Shown here piece by piece: positions 1 to 11,637 of a stretch of 64,000 nt of DNA (the stretch's first letter is position 1; the number at the start of each line of letters is the position of its first letter). Position numbers and translations under genes: made by a program. The stretch comes from Thecamonas trahens ATCC 50062 (taxonomy: Eukaryota > Protista > Apusomonadida). The notes beneath the pieces were generated by a model. That model was not told the origin of the DNA and made no database searches. It was given only the letters and a program-made list of their open reading frames with translations. The stretch covers positions 186,001-250,000 of the forward strand of contig NW_013657657.1 in the NCBI RefSeq assembly GCF_000142905.1. The letters run 5' to 3'.

Positions 1-430
1 CACTGTTCGAGGCATTACTGCTGCTGTCCGAGCCATCATGGCGGGTCTTGGCCTTGGTCTTGGTCTTGCTCTTGGCCTTTCCCCTTCCCTTGCCCTTGGC
101 CTTGCCCCTTCCCTTGCCCTTGGCCTTGGCCTTAGATTTGGCCTTTGCCCTGCCCTTGCCCTTGGACTTGGCCGCATTGCCGCTGTTCGAGGCATCACTG
201 CTGCTGTCCGAGCCATCATGGCGGGTCTTGGCCTTGGCCTTGGCCTTGGCCTTGCTCTTGGCCTTGCCCCTGCCCTTGCCCTTGGACTTTGCATCATCAC
301 TGCTGTCCGAGGCATCACCACCGGCGGTACCCCTTCGACGGCCCTTCCCCTTGCCGCCCGCCCTGCTCCTGTCCTTCCCCTTACCCTCTGCCCTGCTCCT
401 GTCCTTCCCCTTGCCCTTGCCCTTGCCCAT
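1..430 (-). CDS. 5' part of a Lys/Gly/Ala-rich repetitive protein; runs off the window edge
   Basis: Manual minus-strand translation from ATG at 430: MGKGKGKGKDRSRAEGKGKDRSRAGG...AKAKAKTRHDGSDSSSDASNS..., open to position 1, with a repeated KAK/KGK-RHDGSDSSS unit. Divergent from the BTB gene. Absent from the ORF track because there is no stop in the window. Confidence 0.6.
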   Translation of the reverse strand, partial: MGKGKGKGKDRSRAEGKGKDRSRAGGKGKGRRRGTAGGDASDSSDDAKSKGKGRGKAKSKAKAKAKAKTRHDGSDSSSDASNSGNAAKSKGKGRAKAKSKAKAKGKGRGKAKGKGRGKAKSKTKTKAKTRHDGSDSSSNASNS

Positions 431-584
431 CCACACGCCCTCCTCCTCACACCAACCCAGTGCAGTGTACCAGTGTGCCCCCCCCACCCCTCCCCTCCCC
501 TCCCCCCTCCCCTGCCCCCTCCCCCCCCCTCCCCCCGCCACCGGCCCCATTCGCCCGCTCCCTGACACGCCACCCAGCCGTTGG

Positions 585-675
585 CCACCACCACCACCAC
601 CACCACCACCACCACTACCACTACCACAGACACCACCACACCACACCACTCCACACACACACACACACACACACA
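585..675. repeat. (CAC)n and (CA)n microsatellites upstream of the BTB gene
   Basis: Direct reading. Confidence 0.85.
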
Positions 676-735
676 CCACTCCACAAACTACCACCTCTGC
701 CACTGCCACCCCCACATCTGTCACCATACCCCCCC

Positions 736-2511
736 ATGGACCCGCACACCTTGCGCAATGGCCGCCACCACCAACCCGCTCACGGCACCCCGCCTCCACG
801 CTCCTCGGCTGGTCCGGCTACCTCGACGACGTCAACTACTCCCTCGGCAACACCCTCGGCCACGGCAGGCTCGGACTATCCCTACCCGTCGTCGTACTCG
901 GCTAGGTACGGAGTGGCGCAGGCGGAGAGTGGCAGCCAGGCCAGGCTAGCGAGCAGTTACACCCTCGCCCACAACCCGCCGCTGCCCCACTCGGCTTCCT
1001 CGGCCAGCGCACATCGCGCCCAGCCGCAATCGCCTGCGGTTGCCTCGTGGTCGGCTCTCCCGGGCTACGTCTCGCCATATGCCACTCGGACTACGCCCGG
1101 CTTGCACATCGGCGGAAGCTATCGTCCCGGCGAGATCCAGGGCCCCACCGCAGCTGGCGCGGGTGCTGGCGCTGGCGCTGGCGACTCGTACCGGGTCCGC
1201 GGCACCGCGCCGGGCTCACAGCAGCCACTACATCCATCGCCGCTGAAGGAGACTATGCCCAAGCCGTCGCCGTATGCATCGTACTTGGCCAGAAACTACG
1301 GCGGTGGCCAGTCGCTGACGGCCTCGCAGATCGGCGGGGAGCCCATGCGCGACGCTACCGCCGACCAGGCACCGTCCAGTCCTGTGGCCAAGGCTCCGCA
1401 GCACACTCCGTTCTACACCTCGCACGCCGGCGAGTGGTCGTCGGCGCCGCCGGCCAAACCGCAGCAGCCGCGCGCCTCCGACGCCATGCTCCGGCCGACA
1501 CGCAACTATGGCGAGTCGAACACCGCCATGCCGCTCTCGGCCTCGGCTCTCGGCGGACCGGCCCTCGCCGTCCGCGACAGCGACGACAGTCCGGCCCCGG
1601 CTAGCCTGGACAAGATCCAGGCAGAGTCGCGGGCGCGAGCAGCGACTGCTAGCCCTGGGCTAGTCGCTTCGCCCGCTGACGTCGATCATACCCGTCGCGA
1701 GCGCTCGCCGTCGCCGATCCGGGCCGAGCCAACGTCCCCGGGCTCGCCCGGCGTCGACGCGTCGTCAGTGGTCGACGGCGATGGGCGTCAGTCGAACCTG
1801 CCGCCGCTGTTTGGCGCCTCCTTCCTCGACGCCGACATGTACGGCCACCCGGAGAAGGTCATTCCGGGCGTGCCCAAGCCGGCCAAGAAGCGCGGCATGC
1901 TCGCACGGCTGCTCAAGCCCAAGCCCAAGCAGCTGCTCGCGCCAGACGAGAAGATTTTGGTCAAGGCGCAGCCGGACCATGCCGAGTTTCCAGACTTCAC
2001 CCCGCTCCATCGTGACATGCGTGAGCTTCTGCTCGACCCTATCTACGCCGATGTCACCTTTTTCGTCCAGGGCCGGCCCATCCGCGCCCACCGTGCCGTC
2101 CTCGCCGCGCGCTCAGCCAAGTTCCGCGAGATGTTTGCCGAGACCGGAGCAACTGAGTTTGAGCTCGACATGTCGCTTGAGGCCTTTACTGCCCTCCTCG
2201 CCTTTGTCTACATCGACCGGACGGAGATCTCCCTGCTACAGGCCATGGAGCTCCTGACGGCTGTCAACCTCTTCGAGCTTGCCGATCTCAAAGCCATGTG
2301 CGAGTCGGTACTTCTCAACAACATTTGCGTCGAGAATGCAGCGTGGATGCTCCAGGGCGCCGTCGAGCACGAGTGCGCTCTTCTCCACGAGGCCTCGCTC
2401 AGCTTTATCGTCGCCCACTTTGACGCCGTCTCCCAGACCGAAGCCTTCCAGGAGCTCGAGCGCGGACCCATTGTCCACGTCATCCGCGCCCGCGCCTCTC
2501 GCGGCAAGTAG
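736..2511 (+). CDS. BTB/POZ(-BACK) domain protein with a long disordered N-terminus
   Basis: YADVTFFVQGRPIRAHRAVLAARSAKFREMF is a BTB signature, followed by LKAMCE...ICVENA. Likely start MDPHTLR at 736. Confidence 0.85.
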   Translation: MDPHTLRNGRHHQPAHGTPPPRSSAGPATSTTSTTPSATPSATAGSDYPYPSSYSARYGVAQAESGSQARLASSYTLAHNPPLPHSASSASAHRAQPQSPAVASWSALPGYVSPYATRTTPGLHIGGSYRPGEIQGPTAAGAGAGAGAGDSYRVRGTAPGSQQPLHPSPLKETMPKPSPYASYLARNYGGGQSLTASQIGGEPMRDATADQAPSSPVAKAPQHTPFYTSHAGEWSSAPPAKPQQPRASDAMLRPTRNYGESNTAMPLSASALGGPALAVRDSDDSPAPASLDKIQAESRARAATASPGLVASPADVDHTRRERSPSPIRAEPTSPGSPGVDASSVVDGDGRQSNLPPLFGASFLDADMYGHPEKVIPGVPKPAKKRGMLARLLKPKPKQLLAPDEKILVKAQPDHAEFPDFTPLHRDMRELLLDPIYADVTFFVQGRPIRAHRAVLAARSAKFREMFAETGATEFELDMSLEAFTALLAFVYIDRTEISLLQAMELLTAVNLFELADLKAMCESVLLNNICVENAAWMLQGAVEHECALLHEASLSFIVAHFDAVSQTEAFQELERGPIVHVIRARASRGK

Positions 2512-2689
2512 CACCCGCCATCCGCTGTCCTCGTACCCGTCCGTAAAGCACGCCGCTCCCATCCGTCCGTCCTTCCATTCGCCATCCGATGCCGTGCTCC
2601 ATCGAACGCCGCGAACTCGTCGAAGCCCGCGCTCACGCCGCTCACCGGCCCACTCGACGCAGCCCAAGCCGCGGCTCCGACCCCCCGCC

Positions 2690-5493
2690 ATGCTGGACTA
2701 CTTTTGCATGCTGTTTCCGGACGAGGAAAGCAGGGCGCCCGGTGGGCCCGGCCAGGCATGCTGGGAGCAGGCGCTGGCCGAGGCCCGGGCCGAGGAGACC
2801 GTCCGCCACAGCTCGGAGAACCTGGTGGCACTGGCCGCCCAGGAGACCGCCCTGATCGACATCCGCAAGAGCCTGGCCCAGTGGGAGGTTGCGAGGCAGC
2901 GCATGGCTCGCGAGAGGGCCAAGGCCGATGCATCAGGCACCGCAGGCCGCGTACGTCTCGCCGCCCGCGCTGCCAATGACGTCGTCATCGTCCAACGTCG
3001 CATCGCCGCCACATCGCCCGAGAGCCTCGCCGCCGGGCTGGCCGGACTGGCGGAAGACGCCGATGCTGCTGGAGTGTGGGCCGATGTTGATGCCGTGCAT
3101 GACTTTGCGCGTGATGTCGATCACCGTCTCGCGGTCAGCGTCTCGGTCCTCCACACCATCGAGGTGCGGGCAGCCGAGGCGTCTGCGTCACTGGCGCGGC
3201 TATCGGACGCGATTGCTCGCATTGTTCGCCGTCAGTACCGCCGAGTTGCGCTCCGCTACCATCCGGATCGTTTTGCCGGAGCAGAGGTAGACGAAGCGCA
3301 GGCCGCCGAGGCCGCGTTTGCTGATCTGGGCGAGGCGTATGTGACGCTGGCCAACGCCGCGCTTCGGCGCGAGTACATGGCCATGTGCAACCACGAACTG
3401 TTCAAGCTTGCGCATGCCAACGATGTCGATGCCGATACCGCCGCCGACCTCGGACGTGCCCAGGTGCTGGCCATCGAGTCGGGTGCGCCGGACCAAATGC
3501 GCAAGGTCGAGGTTTGTGTTGCCCGCGGCGAGCGCAAGCTTCAAGTACGGTGGAGCACAGCGCCACGAGCGGCGATGATCGAGATTGCACTCATTCCGCC
3601 CACCGACGCGCTCCGGACGCTGCACCTCTCACCGTCGCCACTCGGCGGCTCAACCGTGGTCGCTGTTCACTCTCCGAGCGTCGGCCTGCATCAGGTTGTT
3701 GCCCGCGGCGTCAACTCGTCAGGCGACGGACCGTGGTCGTTCCCGGCCGAGTTTACTATCGACGAGGAGACCGGCGAGCTGACAGCCATGAGTGCGGCGG
3801 ATCTGGCAGCGGCGCAGCAGGCAGCCGCGGCGCAGGCAATAGCAGAGATCAAGACCCGAAACCGCGCCCGCCGCAAGGCGCGGGCCAAGGCGCGGGCCCA
3901 GGCAGCGGCAGCGAGCACAGCCGAGCCTGACCCGCCACATCTCGTAGCCATCCACAAGGCAACGCGCACACTGTTCAAGGCTGCACGCAAGCACTCGCCA
4001 GCGATGATGGTGCGAGCGTTGGCCGGGCTTCCATGTCAGCGCGCAACAGCGGCGGCGGTCAATGGCGCAAATCGGGCCGGCGACGCGCTGCTAGTTGTTG
4101 CCACTCGTGAGGGTGACGAGGACGCCGCCAAGTGGCTGGTGGATCACTTTGGTTCGTGCGGCCTCGACTGCAACGCGGTCGATAACGCGACGGGTCGGAC
4201 GCCGCTGGCATGGTCGATTGTCTCGGGCGCCGAAGACGTGACCGATGCTCTGCTGAGGCTCGGACGTCGAACGATTGATCTTGACCTGCCGGACTTTGCT
4301 GGATGGACGCCGCTGCACTTTGCTGTCCGCGCAGGGAAGCCGCGGCTTGTCGAGCGGCTGATCCGGATGCGCGCGCCGCTGAATGCGGCGTCGTACGAGT
4401 GCCCGAGTGTGACGCCGCTGCATGTGGCGGTCGAGCACAGCGACGCAGGCATGGTTGCGCGTTTGCTTGCCGCAGGCGCGAGCGTGGTCAGTGAGAGGGA
4501 ACTCACCTCCGCTCCAATCGATTGGCTCGATCTAGATGCGCTGGCCGAAACCGACGTCTCGCCGCTGGGTCTGGCGCTGATGAAGGGCAATGATGAACTG
4601 GTGAGCACGCTCTGGACCGCGGGCCGGGGCGAACAGGTACTCCTCGCCGAGCTAGTGCGACTCACGCTTCTGAGCGACCGGGTCGAGCTGCTGCTTCAGC
4701 TTGTGGGGAGCGAGACACTGAACGCGAGCCGTGATGACGCAGGCAACAGTGTTCTGCACGCAGCGGTAGCACTCGGAACCGAGCATGCCCAGGCCGTGCT
4801 GGGCGAGGCTGTTGGCGCCGGCGCAGAGTGCGAGAACGCCGCGGGCTTGCTGCCGAAAGACATCACAGCAGTGACGCTCGAGGATGTGCTGGGTGTCCGC
4901 GAGGAGGAGGCTGGCGACAACAGCGGCGATGAGGCGGCGGAGTCCGAGTCGGACTCTGAGGAGGGCAGTGAGCATGTGGCCGGACCGAGCGGGAGCAAGG
5001 ATGTTGTTGAAAGGATGGAAGACGAGTCTGGAGCCGGTAGCCTCGACCTGCTCCCTGTCGAGATCATCTTTGAGGTTCTGCGCCTTTTAGAGATGCGCGA
5101 TGTAGTTGCGCTCTCGCAGACATGCCGCGCGATGCGGGCGCTCCTCGTCGACAACATACTCTGGCGCAAGCTGTTCCGGCGGGCGTTCCCGGGGTAGTGT
5201 CTGGAGCGACGTCGCGACTACGGGTCGGGCACTGGCGGAGGCAGTTTATCAAGATGGTGGAAGGCAAGGCGTTTTGCGGGCTGTGCGGCTCGCTAGCCAA
5301 CCTCCGAGTGTGTTCCGGGTGCCAAAGTGTGGCGTACTGCGGGGTAGAGCACCAGGTTATGGACCGGGCACGACACCGCGACGCGTGCTCGGGCGCGCGA
5401 GCGATGATGCGGTTGCGGCTTGCGCGCAAGGAGCGGCGGCGTCGGGTGGCGATGCTGCGGTGGCGGGTGGCCGGCGAGGCGGGCGCATGGTAG
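2690..5493 (+). CDS. Multidomain protein: J-domain, FN3-like, ankyrin repeats, F-box, MYND zinc finger (frameshift at about 5188-5194)
   Basis: YRRVALRYHPDRF (HPD motif); GWTPLHFAV and VTPLHVAV ankyrin repeats; LDLLPVEIIFEVL...LWRKLF F-box. After TAG 5195-5197 the -1 frame continues into CGLCG...CSGCQSVAYCGVEHQ..DRARHRDAC (zf-MYND). Confidence 0.8.
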
Positions 5494-5501
5494 AACGTGG
5501 T

Positions 5502-6593
5502 TTACTCGGCAGCTGGCTGGTCGTCGGCAGCGAGTTGCAGCGAGTCTGCAGGCTCGTCGTAGGCGGCGAGCAGGTCGTCGTTGGCGAGAGCCTCGACGAC
5601 GTCATCCTCAAACTCGACGTCGAGCTCGTTGTCATAGGCCGAGATGAGCTCGCGGAGCTGTGCGTTCTCGCGCTCGAGGGCCGACTGGCGGACTGAGGCC
5701 TCGAGCTCGGCAGCCTCCTCCATGTCGGCGGCCTGGCGCATGACGGCGGCCATCTGCTCAACCTGCTGCTCGAGGGCGAGCGACTTGTCGGAGAGCTGTG
5801 CGTTGCGCGCGCGCTCGAGGGCCAGGTCCTCGGAGAGAGCAGCGATGGCCTCCTCGCGCTTGGTCTGGAGGACAGAGACCTGGTTGCGGTGCATGTCCAT
5901 AATCTCCTCCAGTGCCTCCTCATACTCTTTGAGGGTCCGCTGCAGGGCAACGTTGTCCGACTCGAGCTGGGTGATCATGCCGTCGCGCTGCTCCAGCGCG
6001 GCCTCGTACACGGCCTGCGCATCGGTAAAGTCCTCGACCGAGATGGAGCGGTCGGCGTCATGGCCAAGGCCCTCGTCGTCCGCAGCCTCGTCGCCCCGCG
6101 CCGGCTTGTCGACCTCGGCAGCAACGTCCTGTGGCGGGCTTGCGGGCTGTGTCTGCGCCGGCGGCGGCGTCTGTGTCCCGGCCGACGCCGTCGTTGTCGC
6201 CGCCTTGGCGGCCGCCTTTGTCGGCGTCTCGAACACAGGGGAGGCGTCAGCGGGAGCCGTAGCAATGGTCTCGGCGGGAGTGGTGGCGGACGAGACGGAC
6301 TCGGGCGCGGGCGTGGGCGAAGGCCGCAACGGCGAGTCGATGAGGTGCAAGGCATGCTGGTTCTCCTGGCGCTGGCGGACGATGCGCTCCTTGAGCTTGT
6401 TTGCGCGGGCCAGCAGCTGGGTGGTTGTGGCGTAGTTCTTCTGGATCTGCTCCTGCAGGCGAGCTGTCTCGCTCCACAGTCCATTCACGGCGTGCTTGAC
6501 CGGCGTAACCGGCGTGACCGGCGAAGCAGGCGCCTCGCCTGCGCTACCGCCGGCTGCTCTGTGTCCGTGGGTCGGGGTCGACACGCTCTCCAT
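5502..6593 (-). CDS. SIKE/FGFR1OP2-family coiled-coil protein (STRIPAK component-like)
   Basis: LQRTLKEYEEALEEIMDMHRNQ, QVEQMAAVMRQAADME and LERENAQLRELI resemble SIKE family motifs. Start MESVSTP at 6593. Confidence 0.7.
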   Translation of the reverse strand: MESVSTPTHGHRAAGGSAGEAPASPVTPVTPVKHAVNGLWSETARLQEQIQKNYATTTQLLARANKLKERIVRQRQENQHALHLIDSPLRPSPTPAPESVSSATTPAETIATAPADASPVFETPTKAAAKAATTTASAGTQTPPPAQTQPASPPQDVAAEVDKPARGDEAADDEGLGHDADRSISVEDFTDAQAVYEAALEQRDGMITQLESDNVALQRTLKEYEEALEEIMDMHRNQVSVLQTKREEAIAALSEDLALERARNAQLSDKSLALEQQVEQMAAVMRQAADMEEAAELEASVRQSALERENAQLRELISAYDNELDVEFEDDVVEALANDDLLAAYDEPADSLQLAADDQPAAE

Positions 6594-7114
6594 GGCGAGG
6601 GGGGAGGGGGGGGGGGGGGGGGGGGGGGGTGGGGAGGGGGGGGAGGGGAGGGGGGTAGGGGGAGGGGGGTAGAGTGCAGTGGGTAGTGGGGTGGGCTTAG
6701 GGGTGACAACCGTGGTGGTTGGAGGGGGGGGGGGGCTGCCTGCTGCCGGTCTGCTTGTCACAGTGGCTGGCTGCTCTGCCTGCCACGGTTCGCCCACTGT
6801 TTGCCATCTGTTTTCAGCCACCGCAGGCCACTCTCACAGGCGGCCACCAGTGGCTGGAGGTGCAGCTGCTACCACTCGATCGATTGCACCACTCCACTCG
6901 ACTTGATACGCCTGGGTCTTGTTTGGGTCTTCTTAGGTACGGACACAGGCTGGAACGGCTTCCTTTCTTCCTCTCTTCCCAGAAGTGCATGGCAGAGCAG
7001 CCACGCCACTCATCTTCTCCTGCGGGCAATGGAAACCGAAGCGACGAGAGAGGCCATCCGATAGAACCATCCATCGAAGCCAAGGCCGGTGGAGTAGAGG
7101 TGAAACAGAACATC

Positions 7115-7852
7115 ATGGCAGCGGCGACGGCGGCGGAAAGACTCGAGTATGTGCTTGTGGTCGACTTTGAGGCGACGTGCGACGACGATCGGACGTTTGG
7201 CCCGCAAGAGATCATCGAGCTCCCGGTGGTGTTTGTCAAGATGGCCGGCGACGGCGACGGCGACGGCGGGCCGCAGATCGTGGACGAGTTTCACAGGTAC
7301 ATCCGCCCGACAAGCGTGCCTCAGCTGACCCGGTTCTGTACCGAGCTCACGGGCATCAAGCAGGAGACGGTCGACGCTGGGATGACCATCGACGAGGCAC
7401 TGGACGGGCTGGCGGAGAAGATCGACGAGGTGCTCGGCGCCGAGCTGGCGGGCGAGAGCACGCGGTGGGCGTTTTGCACATGCGGCGACTGGGATCTCAA
7501 GACCATGTTGCCCAAGGAGGTGCGCAACAAGGAGTTGCGGCTCGCGCCGGCGCTAGCTGCTGGCGTCGAGTCGTGGATCAACATCAAGCACGTGTACTCG
7601 GCCGCCACCGGCAGCCGGGCCCGCGGCATGAAAGGCATGCTTGATGCGGTTGGCCTCGAGCTTGTGGGCCGGCATCACTCGGGCATCGACGATGCACGCA
7701 ACATTGCGGCGCTCCTAATCGAGCTGGTGCAGCAATATGGGGCAACAGTGGGAGTGACATCGGGCAAGAGATGGGGCGGACGCGGAGGCGGACGCGGACG
7801 CAACCGGCGGCGCGGCGGGCGCGGGCGCGGCGGCCAACAAGGTACGACGTAG
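7115..7852 (+). CDS. ERI1/ERI3-family DEDDh 3'-5' exoribonuclease with a C-terminal RGG tail
   Basis: VVDFEATC, EIIELP, FCTELTGI, TCGDWDL and GRHHSGIDDARNIA motifs. Alternative start at 6989. Confidence 0.9.
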   Translation: MAAATAAERLEYVLVVDFEATCDDDRTFGPQEIIELPVVFVKMAGDGDGDGGPQIVDEFHRYIRPTSVPQLTRFCTELTGIKQETVDAGMTIDEALDGLAEKIDEVLGAELAGESTRWAFCTCGDWDLKTMLPKEVRNKELRLAPALAAGVESWINIKHVYSAATGSRARGMKGMLDAVGLELVGRHHSGIDDARNIAALLIELVQQYGATVGVTSGKRWGGRGGGRGRNRRRGGRGRGGQQGTT

Positions 7853-7918
7853 GGTGGGGAGGCTGTGGATGAAAAACGATTGCCTTTAAACTCGCAAAAC
7901 ATGGCGCACGACATCTAC

Positions 7919-10343
7919 TTAGACGGAGGCCACAACCTTGATCGAACCACGCTGGGAGCGGTTCGAGAAGTGGTTGTTGCGGGTGTTGAGGAAGTAGTAG
8001 TCGCCGACCTGGCCACCACCCGGCTGGATGAGGCCACCGTCATAGGTGGCAGGCGCATTGTTGAGGAGCTCATCGATGGTAGCACCGCCGACGCCGGCGG
8101 TGGCGAAGTTCTCGTGCTGGGCAAAGGTGGTGAAGAGGTTGCAGGCCTCGTCGGCAAAGGTGAGCGGGACCGAGTGGCCGGCCGAGGCCGTGCACACAAG
8201 GTTGTTCTTGTCCGAGTTGGCGGCACCCTGACCAGCACCATCGGGCGACGAGAGCGAACCAGTCCAGGCAATGTGGACGTAGTCAGTCGGCGTGACGACG
8301 AGCTCGCGCGGGATAAAGTCGTACTCAACGGCCGGGTAGACCTGAACGATGTTGCCGCGGCGGCCGCGCACGTTGAGGTTGTAGATCTTGGCCTCGGCCG
8401 GGATGTCCGCAGGGCGGTCCTTGATGATGAACGTGTGCGAGCGGTCCTGGAAGGTACGGCCAAACTGCGAGACGTCGACGTTGAGCTGGACGCCCGCGGC
8501 GCGGCCGGTGCCCTTGAGCAGGTTGACGTTCGGGTCGTCCGTGATCGGCGAGATGACGTCGCCGTCCTCGTCCTCCTCGTAGAACTGGTTCCAGCCGTCG
8601 TAGTCGTCGGTCGAGATGTTGTAGCGGCCGCGGAGAACGCACTTGGCGTCGTTAGTGACCTCCGACGGGATGGTCCAGTTGAAGTGGAGCGGCTCGCCGC
8701 CGATCGAGTTACCGAGGTGGTTGTCGCGCGAGAAGGCGAGCGGCTCGCAACGCGGAGCGGGGATGCCCCACGGCGCAACCTCGTACCACTGCGAACCGTC
8801 GTCGATGCAGTCATCACGGTTGTTGTGCTGCTGGTCGACGCAGAAGCCCTTGGCCATCACGTTCTGCGACTCGGTCTGGTACAGCTCGCACTGCGTCATG
8901 TTCGAGGTCAGCACAATGATGTCCTTCCACGGCGTCGGGTGCCAGTACGGGTAGTAGTCGCGCTCCTCGGGGCACTCCGAGCCGTACTGCGTGCCGGCGT
9001 TGTCCTGGCGGGTACGCCGCGCCGAAGCGTTGTCGGCGATGTTCTCCGTCGCAATGAAGAGCCCGCGGTTGCGGTTCCGGGTCGAGCAGTGCTGGTAGAA
9101 AGCAATCGGCTCGTGGCGACCACGCTGGGTCTGCGTGTCATCCTGCACGCGCTGGTTGGCAGCGTTGCCGATCGAGCCGTCACCATCGCGGAGAAGGTCC
9201 GTGTTCCACAGCTCCTGCGTGACAGAGTTGCTGTCGACGTACGTCGCAGACTGGTCGTCGCACATGTACTGGAACACAACCTGAGTGTTCACGTTGGGGT
9301 TCTCACCACCATGCTGGTTGGTCCACTCGACGCGAAGGATCGACGTCTTGTAGTACGTGAGGATGCCGGTGCCATCGCCACGGCCGTTGCCGTTCTTGGC
9401 AGTGTTGCTGTCGCCAACGTTGTAGCCACCACTGCAGTGTGCCGTCAGAGCGAGGTAGTGTGTGAGTTAAAAAAATCGGCAAGGCTTCAGCCAGCGGCAA
9501 AAGCCGTCTCTTGCCACCAAAAAAAAAGGGTGTCGGCAAAAATCGGTCCAATTCAGGGGAATACCAATAGTCGGCGGCACGTGGCCTGGGCACGTGCACA
9601 CAATGTTCTCGACAAAGCTCCGCCCCGTCGGCAACCTCTTCCGCCCCCTCAAGATACCAGACCATGACTCTGGCGGCTTGCTGCTACCACGCGTGCGTGC
9701 GTTTGTCTGCCGCGACGCCAAAGGCGCCGCACTCCGCCCTCGTCTGCCCCACCCGCCGCCCTGCGGAACGCGGTCGCAACCGCTACCATCCTAACCCAAG
9801 CGTACCGGTTGTTGTTCTGCGAGTCGAAGAGACGGTTCGCGTTGTTGCGGTTGTTGTTGTCCTCAGAGAGGCGGTTGTTGGAGCCACGCGGGTTGTGCAT
9901 GTACTGTTTTCCGCCACCCAATCGCCGTCGCCGTCTGCCCTGTGAGTCTCGCCGCCGCCTTTCCACCCCATCCGGCTGCCGTTGCTGGTCGTCAAAGGCA
10001 AAACGAGGGGCCAAAAAACGTTCCTGGCGGGCACGCGCAACTCCACCACCTACAGAGCCGGCTACAAGGCCAAAGCATGCTCCGGTCGCTCTCACACAGG
10101 CACCTCCTCCTCTACCTCCCTCCTCCTCCGCGCTGTACCCCTGTCTCCGCCGTCTCCGGCATCTCCTTCGCCGCCACCGCCGCCGAGTGTCGGGGCGACC
10201 CTCGGTTGGAAGCGAAATTTTCTGCCTCGCCACCACTCCCCCGTCCCCCACCCTGCACCGCCCCTCCGCGCCCCTCAACGTACAAAGTCAGCCCGCACCA
10301 CAGCCACAATGGCGAGGAGCACAAGGCACGTCACAATCTTCAT
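7919..10343 (-). CDS. Secreted DD3-3-like protein; 3 exons (10343-10284, 9903-9806, 9431-7919)
   Basis: Spliced reading MKIVTCLVLLAIVAVVRADF|YMHNPRGSNNRL...NNNR|GGYNVGD... with a signal peptide, GTACG donors and CAG acceptors. ECPEERDYYPYWHPTPW, SRDNHLGN, GRRGNIVQVYPAVEYDF and TRNNHFSNRSQRG are typical of DD3-3. Confidence 0.85.
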
Positions 10344-10614
10344 CGTCAACTACGTGAGAGAAGGAATGCGTTTTCCCGACACCTAGTCCTCCCACTGCCG
10401 GCCCCCCGCTTCTCCAACTTCCGTTCCGACGCATTCGATCGCTCGCCTCCCGCCCCGCACCCCCCCTTCCGCCTCCACCTACCATCCGCTCTGGCCGGGC
10501 CACTCGTCGACCACAAATTTTGGGATTCACCTGCGCGCCACACGGCACAACCGCACAACCGCCCCACCTACGTACACACACACACACACACACGCAATCT
10601 CTATCGCACGCACA

Positions 10615-11637
10615 ATGTTTGACCGCGCACATCTCGAGGGTCTCAAGCGCAAGGAGCTGCAAGCCCTTGCCAAGGAGCACGGCATCAAGGCCAATGGAAA
10701 GGTACGCCACGGCGCGCCGACCCTCGTGACGACGCACGGTTTCCCCCGCTGCGTCGCTCACACCAGAACCAGCCCACTCTGCCATAGTCACTCACTCTCA
10801 CTCTCACTCTCGCTCTCCGGATTCTGCTGCCCCTGCGGCTCGCAGTCGACTTTCATCATCGAGAGCCTGCTCGAACTGAACGAGACGGCGAACGAGCCTG
10901 TCGTCGAACCCGAGACTGAGCCCGAGCCCGAGACCGAGCCCGAGGCCATGGTCGTGGCCTATCCCGAGACAGACATCGCCACAGACGACGTGGCGCTGAG
11001 CCTCGACGATCTCGAGTCGCCGGCGCCTACAGCGCGCGCCGCGCCGGCAACCACGAGCGTGACGGTGCCGCTCGCCGGCGAGGCAAGTGGCAAGGTGGCT
11101 GATCGGCTGCTTAGGCCGGCAGGCAAGCCGCGCGCTGGCAAGTCCGCCAAGTCCACCACGTCTACCAAGAGCGGGGCTGGCCCGCGATCGGTTCGCGACA
11201 AGTTTGACGCCATGCACGCCAAAATGTTCTCGGGCATGGCGTCGATCGGCGAGAAGCGCAGCCGCAAGCCGGTCGCCAAGCCTGCCGGCCGCAGGGCAGT
11301 TGCACCGGCTGCCGCTGTCGCCGCCGCCGGTCCGTCGTCGCGCAAGGCCGCCGGCAAGGCCGCCGGCCGCCGCAAGCCCAACCTCAACCCGAAGCGGGTC
11401 CCCATCTCCTTCCGCTCCAACAAGGCATACAAGAGCGCGCTGAGCAAGTCGACAACAACCAAGCCGGTTGACGAGAACAGTGCAGCACCGCTCAACCAGC
11501 GCAAGTCAGTCCGCGACGTCGGGTGCAAGACGCCCAAGGCCGCCGCCAAGGCCAAGGCCGCCGCCTCGTCGGCCCGCAAGAAGCGCGCCAAGATCGCTTC
11601 CTCCCGCCGCGCTGCGCTTGTCGCCTCCAAGGCGTAG
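10615..11637 (+). CDS. NuSAP-like basic protein with an N-terminal SAP-like motif; intron 10702-10845
   Basis: LKRKELQALAKEHGIKANGK|STFIIESL; FDAMHAKMFSGMASI resembles the NuSAP conserved helix; GTACGC...CAG intron in phase 0. Confidence 0.65.
   Translation: MFDRAHLEGLKRKELQALAKEHGIKANGKVRHGAPTLVTTHGFPRCVAHTRTSPLCHSHSLSLSLSLSGFCCPCGSQSTFIIESLLELNETANEPVVEPETEPEPETEPEAMVVAYPETDIATDDVALSLDDLESPAPTARAAPATTSVTVPLAGEASGKVADRLLRPAGKPRAGKSAKSTTSTKSGAGPRSVRDKFDAMHAKMFSGMASIGEKRSRKPVAKPAGRRAVAPAAAVAAAGPSSRKAAGKAAGRRKPNLNPKRVPISFRSNKAYKSALSKSTTTKPVDENSAAPLNQRKSVRDVGCKTPKAAAKAKAAASSARKKRAKIASSRRAALVASKA

Noticed and set aside
38-905. Plus-strand LA/LP-rich ORFs (38..565, 48..905)
   Set aside because: They are antisense shadows of the minus-strand KG/KA repeat ORF plus microsatellites.
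5195-5197. Stop-codon reassignment or readthrough at the TAG after the F-box
   Set aside because: The downstream MYND domain is in a different frame, and TAA, TAG and TGA all serve as normal stops elsewhere in the window.
7865-9667. 600-aa plus-strand ORF opposite DD3-3 (likewise 12479..14620, 15786..16991, 45378..46895 and others)
   Set aside because: Stop-free antisense frames are expected with high GC3, and they show no recognisable motifs.
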